Assembly: GCF_009914755.1 (NCBI RefSeq) | Contig: NC_060941.1 | Source of the DNA: the human T2T-CHM13v2.0 reference genome, Homo sapiens | Strand: one strand, 5' to 3' | DNA: 64,000 bases | Shown here: positions 57,944-64,000 of the stretch, piece after piece | How positions within the stretch are numbered: the first letter of the stretch is position 1 | Layout: every line of letters starts with the position of its first letter | Notes under the pieces: generated by a model | What the model was told of the DNA's origin: nothing | What the model saw: the letters and a program-made list of their open reading frames with translations, nothing else | Database searches by the model: none | Program-made: the position numbers and the translations under genes

Positions 57944-58948
57944 CTACAACAAGTTTTTAATGCAGAATATCATTTTATAAAATGGCTAAACAGCTGTGAT
58001 CAGTACCAGATGAAAGATGACATTTGAGCCAAATTTTAAAAGCAAGCTGAGCTCATCCATTACGTGCATGTATCCTTCCTTGCTCCTCCGTCATGGTTCT
58101 CCCTGAGTCTCCCTTTCCCACACCCCAGAGCAGGTGCCTTCACTACTCACTGACTTAGCTATGCCTAAGGTCTTCCCCAGAAACTTGTCTTAGATGATCT
58201 GGTTTAGGATTCCCTCCCAGTCACTGTCTCTCCAGTTTTTATTCTAGGAAAACCAGGCAACAAGTATTCAGGAGATAAAAGAAAGAAACGGAGTCCGTGT
58301 CTCTCCGCAGTCCTGCTTTGAGACTGCCTCCTTACTGAGAGTTTGCGAAGGTCTCCCTTTTGAGATGTAAGACTCGCTTCAGACGTGAGGCTGTGCCTGT
58401 CCTCCCTCCACCCACAGACAGAATTGATGCAGCAGTCCCAGCTGGCCAGCTGAGGTCCCCTCCCCAGCGCTATATCAAAGAGAGCAGGCAGGATCCCATG
58501 TAACAAGGGCTCGCTCCACTTAAACTCTGTGATGGGAGAGGGACGCCTCCACCCCTTTTCTTTTTGTAGGCTGCTTTGAATTGTATTAACGCAAGTGATG
58601 AAACATATCAAGCCCTGGTTAGCAGTTTTCCTTAGCATCCCCTGGCCAAAAAAAAAAAAATTTTTTTTAAATTAACTTGTACAAAAAGTCAACTGTAACA
58701 GAATGTTCTGGAAAAGAAAAAACCCAACCAGTTTGGTGAAAAGAAAAATGAGCTGGGTTTCCTTCATGCCCAATTTTAGGGAACAACAGGTGGTACAGGA
58801 GAACTGGTGACGAAGGTTAGCCAACATCTTTCTCTAGTTTCACAGTAAAGCCCTTGACCGAGTGGGAATTCCATTTCTCCTCCTTGTGCCTCTGCAGGGG
58901 GTCGGGGGAGGCTGAGGACCATCAATCCTGGGAGCCCAGGGAACTTAC

Positions 58949-59076
58949 CCTCTGCTCCTGTGTGGCCACAAAGGTCTGGAACCCTGGAGCCACCCCAAAG
59001 CCCAGCTCTTGGATGAAAGGTGGCTCAGACTGACTGTGGATCTGAACTTTCACTCCTGCTTCAAATGTCGTTTCCT
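58949..59076 (-). CDS. ASIC2: Internal coding exon of acid-sensing ion channel 2 (extracellular domain; exon 3 by the usual numbering, from memory)
   Basis: Minus-strand translation [42 protein letters not shown] matches ASIC2. Acceptor ctttgttctttcag|AG (AG at 59078-59077, phase 1); donor CAGAGG|gtaagt (GT at 58948-58947, phase 0). 128 bp = 2 nt + 42 codons. Confidence 0.97.
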
Positions 59077-59172
59077 CTGAAAGAACAAAGATGGACAGAG
59101 CCACGGGTCAGTAACAACAGATGCTCATGGAGTCCTGGGATTGAAAAGCTCAAAGGGATGCTGAAAAGACCC

Positions 59173-59662
59173 TGTGATAAGCAGAATAATGGCCCCCAAA
59201 GGTGTCCACATCCCCACCTCCAGAAACTGTGACTAGGTTGCCTTACATGGCAAAAGGGACATTGCAGGTGTGATTGAGTTAAAGTTCTTGAGACGGAGAG
59301 ACTACCCTAAATTATGCAAGTAGGACCCAATGTAATCACAGAGGTTCCTATGAAAGGGAGGCAGGAGGATCAAGGTCAGAGAGAGAATGGAAAAATGCTA
59401 TGCTTCTAGCTTTGAAGACAGAGGAAGGAGCCATGAGCCCAGGGATGCAGGTAGCTTCTAGAAGCAGGAAAAGGCAGGGGAATGAATTTTCCCCTAGAGC
59501 TGCCAAAAGGAACACAGCCCTGCCAACAACCTTGATTTTATTGAGCCTAGGGAAATCCATTTTGGACTTCTGACCTCCAGAATTTTAAGATAACGAATTT
59601 GTGTTGTTTTCAGCCACTAAATTTGTGGTAATCTCTTGCAGCAGCAATGGGAAACAAATTCA
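59173..59662 (+). mobile_element. MLT1D MaLR solo LTR, 96 bp from the ASIC2 exon acceptor
   Basis: tgtgataagcagaataatggcccccaaagg...ttacatggcaaaagggac...gccactaaatttgtggtaat...gcagcaatgggaaacaaattca. Confidence 0.88.
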
Positions 59663-61881
59663 GGTCAGTTTGCCAGGTCAACTCCTTGCCTCAGTTGCCA
59701 AATCTATAGAATGAGATTATAACATAAGTCAAACTCCTTTATTTTATTGACTAACTTTTCTTCTGGGTCATGAACTGAAGGTGGGGATATCAGGAGGAGG
59801 AAAACATGATGCAGCAGTAGAAATAAAAATGCAGGGCTTTCTTGTATGCCAAGGTGTTTGCCCCTTGGGGCTGCAATGGCCAAGTAGAAGAGAAACTTCC
59901 CTCATTTTTTCCTTTGGCAGAAGAAATGGCCCTTGGCAGTGGGAGGTTGGGGGCGGTACAGAGCCATCATCCTAAATGTTTAGTGCTCACAATCAGTGGA
60001 AAATGAACTTATGGGACTGTATAAGCCTTTACCAGATCCCCCTCTCTGTCTTGTCTTCTCCAAACAGTCTACAGAATGAGCTCTCCAAATGTAAACTGTA
60101 TAACTCCCTCCCATGTTTCCAAGGACCCCAGGCTCCTTACCCACCCCTTCCCTAGCCTTGTTCTGAGTAGCCTCTGCCTCGAGGCACCATGCGGGGCTGC
60201 CTGGATTGGGCATCACTGGTACCCACTCTGCACAAATGCATCTCCTTCTGCCCAGAATGTCTTTCTACCTTGTCCACCTGACCATCTTCCCACTTGTCAC
60301 TGAAGATTCAGCTCTCCATCCCCACCCAAAGCAACTCTTTCTCTTGCTCTGTTGTATCTTCCACATCTGCCTGCTGGAGCCCCTGCCATAGCACATCGTG
60401 ATGAGGCTTTAACTGTTTCCTCCAGCAGGCTGGAGTATCCTGAGGCCAAGTTCTGGGCTGTCTCTCTGGACCTCAAAGGTCCTGCACATGGCTAGGCATA
60501 CACCAGGCACTCAGGAGATGCCTAATGAATGAATAAATGGGAGATTTATGGGTCAAGCCTCAATCATTTATGAATGGACAAGGCCAACCTGGAGGCCAAA
60601 TCAAGGAATGTTCTCAAAGAAAAAAATGGAGAGAGAATGGATAAATGCAGGAAGGAGAGAAGATAATGATGGGGTTGGGGGTCAGGGATGGAGAGGGGGA
60701 GGACATGTCAGCACTCAGGCTGTGGCTTGGGGAGGGTTTGGGGACAAACTAAAGCTGGCACAGAAGAGAGTCACTGGGAAGGAAGGGCTGGGTCCAGCCA
60801 CGGGAAAGGCATGACCCATGGAAAGTGTGGGGGCTATTGACTGAGGTAGGTGCAGGGGTCTGGAGCAGGGCAAGAATTCCAAGGCCAGGGGCTACGTGGA
60901 AAGAAAGGGCTAGCAGGCAGACAGGACCCCAGGGAAGGGTAGGCAGGGCTTTCATCATTTAGACAAGGAGACCCTCAGCCAGGAATCCTTTTGGATATGG
61001 TTCATGGAGTGGGAGAGAATCCAGGCAATCTACAAACACATCCCACTTCCCTCCAGTACAGTCATTGTTCTGTGGTTTCTGTACAGCATCACCCTGTCCA
61101 AACTCCTATCCATATGCTCCTGGAAGCCTGTGGCTTTGTGTCAATCTCTCCTATTGATGGTGAATTCCTCAAGAGAGACCATATTTTATTCAGTCCAGGG
61201 CTCCATCACCTAACCCAGGGCCTGGCCCTCAGGTGGAACCTCAAGGAAGGTTTTTAGATCTGGGAGGAGGACTTCAGGAAAGGGAGGACTGGATGGAATG
61301 AGGGGGTTGAATAGTCATCTTTCAGTGGCTGTGTTTTCAAAAGTCTGTCCAAGACGGGGGTTGAGGAGAGAGTGTGGAGCCTGAAAAACAGACTCAGATG
61401 GGGAAGAAGGGTGAGTGTGGAGGGCTGTTGGGATGACAGGGATGCCCCTGCTGGGAGGAACTGAAGGCTCCTTCAGTGAGCCGTGGGAGGGAACAGGAGA
61501 GATGCCAGAACTTGTTTTCGAGAGCTAGCTGAAGCCGTGTGTGCCTGCTATACAACCAAGCTTAAGAAATCTTACAGCCAGTAAGACAGGCTCAAAAGAG
61601 AGGACCTGTGGTTTACAGGAGAAATGAGAAATGAAGGCTTCCTGTCAGAAATGCCATGAGTAATGGGCAAAACATACAGGCCTGGTGTGCCTCTCTTAGT
61701 GAGAACCGCCCAAGGCTAATTGAACTGGGTTCGGATTTGGAAGAGGTGCTAGCTTATTCTGAAAGCAGCAGTAGCTGCAGCTGAGAGTAAAATCCTAAAG
61801 TAGCCTCAGTTTTTAAAAACATCCAGTGGCTGGATGGACATGAGTGGGAGCAGGTGATAGGTAAGGTTTCTGCTCTCTTTA

Positions 61882-62081
61882 GAGCACTGCGGACCAGTGG
61901 AACTTTCTGCAAAGATGGGAACGTGCTATTCCCTGTGCTGCCCAACATGGTAGGTGCCAGTTATGAAAGGTGGCTTGTGTGACTGAGGAACTGAATTTTT
62001 CATTTTATTTAATGTTAATTAATTAAAACTTAAGTTTAAATAGCCCCATGTGGCTAGTGGAAACATTGCTGGATAGCACAG
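61882..62081. mobile_element. MER3-type hAT MITE
   Basis: gaactttctgcaaagatggg...gtgactgaggaactgaattttt...atagccccatgtggctagtgg...ggatagcacag. Confidence 0.75.
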
Positions 62082-62519
62082 TTCTAGAATATCCAGCTAT
62101 GAGCAGACTACAGCCCTCCCAGAGCTGAGGGGGTGACGAGAACTCCGCCATCTTGCCTTCCTAAGCAGGTGCTCTGGAGATGCCCTTGTCTGGAGTCCTG
62201 GGTAGTTTGGGCAGGGTTCCGAGCAGCAGATCAGTGTGTCTTCATGGTCAAACCACGACCATAGTTCCAGATCCTCTACCCTGCTTTCCCCAAAGCCCTA
62301 CTTGTACATCTACAGATGCATTTCTTTCTATTTCTTACCAGAATTGCCCTTGGCTTCCTTTTAAAGATTGCTTTCCAGGTTGGTAGTGAAGAGCAGCTCC
62401 CTGCAGTCCCTGCCCTCACTCTCTTCCCTTTCCTGGGCATGGCACAGTATTGAGTTGAAGACCCAACTTGAGAGCTGAAGTAACAAATGTAGACTGTTAG
62501 AGCCAAGGCAACTTCACAC

Positions 62520-62700
62520 CATCCACTTTGGAGGTTCCCAAGCTAGAATGCAAGTTAAAATCTCCTAGATGGCTTGGGTGATGCTTCCTGGGATCCACTC
62601 CCAGAAATTCTGATTCAGTCACTCTGGAGTGGAGAGCAGGAATCTGCATTTCCAGAAATTCTGATATAGGTCTGAGGTCATCTACATTTGGGCAGTGATC
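62520..62700. mobile_element. MER5A-type MITE followed by a MIR
   Basis: ccagaaattctgattcagtcactctggagtgg...caggaatctgcatt. Confidence 0.6.
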
Positions 62701-63167
62701 TAGTCCAGGGAAGGGAAGTGACTTGCCCAAGGTCAGACAGCAAGTCAAGAGCAGAGCAGGGGCTAGAAGCCAGGTCTCCTGAGTTCTAATGTGGCACTCT
62801 TTCTACTCCACCAGGAGTGTGGTTTATTTAGTGTGAGCAGATGCCTTAATTCATAGCTCTGGAGTTCTGAATGGGGGCTGAGGGCATGGGATATCTTTTT
62901 CTTTGTAATCACCCCTAATGTCCCTAGCACAGTAGCTGGCACAAAGCAGGGCTCAATAAATGTTTGTTGAATGGAACAAATGAGTGAGGAAGTATCCCTT
63001 GCTTATGTCTGCTGTTCCCTGCTGTATCTGGTCAGCTGTGAGCCTGCCTAGGTTCTGGAGGACACTGGTAAACACCAGCACCGCATAATTCAGGAGGGCT
63101 CACCTGCTGGCATGCAGGTGGGGCTGCACACACAACAACAACACGGCAACAATAACAGTAACAATAT

Positions 63168-63357
63168 GACTGCACTCATAGTTTGTGGGTCCCAGTGCCA
63201 AATGAAAATGCAGGACCCCTTGTTAAAAAATGTTGTTAAAAATTTATAAAAGTAAGCATTGTTATTAAAAAATAAAAGAATTTCAAGACAGCAATCTCAA
63301 GAGCATTAAACCAAGTGAGTGGCCCTTCTGATTGTGGGCCCTGTGTGACCGCCCTGA
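63168..63357. mobile_element. MER45-type hAT-Tip100 MITE
   Basis: gggtcccagtgccaaatgaaaatgcaggacccc...gagcattaaaccaagtg...gggccctgtgtgac. Confidence 0.7.
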
Positions 63358-63514
63358 TAGTAGCATCTCAAACTGGTGCTGGACAGAATTGTTCACATCC
63401 TCATATTTGTCTTATTGGCAACTGATTCAATGCTAAGCTCCTTCAAAGAGTGTAGGTCTCTGGACAGTGAATGATTTGTTTACACATCATGAACACCAGG
63501 ATTCAAGGACAGAA

Positions 63515-63536
63515 AGAGAGAGAGAGAGAGAGAGAG
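63515..63536 (+). repeat. (GA)n microsatellite
   Basis: agagagagagagagagagagag. Confidence 0.9.
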
Positions 63537-64000
63537 TGCAGAGAGAAAGGGAAAGCTACTACATACATACTATGTAGACAGTATGTACATGGGAGTTCTT
63601 GTTAATTGGTACCAAGCTGAAACGCAGACAGCGTAACATGAAAGATAATGCTGAACCAAGAGGAGTGTGGTAAGATGGAGTTCAGCCTGCAGAAGCCACA
63701 GTCTCCCAGCATTTTCCAAGAGCTTGGCCATAGGTGGCACAAGGTGAGATCTACCTGGCCAGGGAGGGAAGTGCATTTTCTGAATATGCAGAAAGGACAT
63801 GGGAGCCCTGTAGGAGGAGGCAGGAGCAATAGGCAGAATGCATAACGGGGCAGGGAAAGTGCATCACGATAAAAGAAGCTAAAATCTTTCATCTTGGCAA
63901 ATTACGGAAAACATGCCAAGGAAATAAACACTGGAGAGAAGTAGGAAGAAAAGTTTATCTGAATAGCTAGGGGGAGTTTTCAGAGCTCAGAGAGTGAACG

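Larger units (their letters stand above)
59077..64000 (-). other. ASIC2: ASIC2 intron upstream of the 128-bp exon (3' part)
   Basis: Ends in a polypyrimidine tract plus AG at 59077. The preceding exon (...QQDEYLPIWGET) was not seen. Confidence 0.85.

Noticed and set aside
58922-59104. 60-aa ORF as a standalone small protein
   Set aside because: It is the ASIC2 exon read through intronic flanks; the true bounds are 58949-59076.

Overview
Primate (human-like) genomic DNA lying inside the neuronal acid-sensing ion channel gene ASIC2 (ACCN1), which runs on the minus strand. Only one coding exon is present: 128 bp at 58949-59076, encoding (E)[42 protein letters not shown] with canonical AG/GT ends. 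I did not find the flanking exons, so 1-58948 and 59077-64000 are intronic. The introns are dense with repeats: two ancient L1M blocks, about a dozen Alus, MER52, MER67, THE1 and MLT1 solo LTRs, MIR/L2/L3 relics and DNA-transposon MITEs. The most notable element is an L1PA5-like LINE-1 (29234-34897) with both ends and a TSD, whose 5'UTR is shortened exactly at a splice junction (SD97 joined to SA622), i.e. a retrotransposed spliced L1 mRNA (SpIRE97/622). Other oddities are a TSD-flanked retrocopy of an mRNA 3' end that adds a sense poly(A) signal to the ASIC2 intron, a three-monomer Alu within one TSD, two nested insertion stacks and several short tandem or templated duplications. Repeat subfamily names come from recalled consensus sequences and need RepeatMasker/Dfam confirmation. 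Almost all ORFs in the supplied track are spurious or repeat-derived. I found no evidence of a new protein-coding system.
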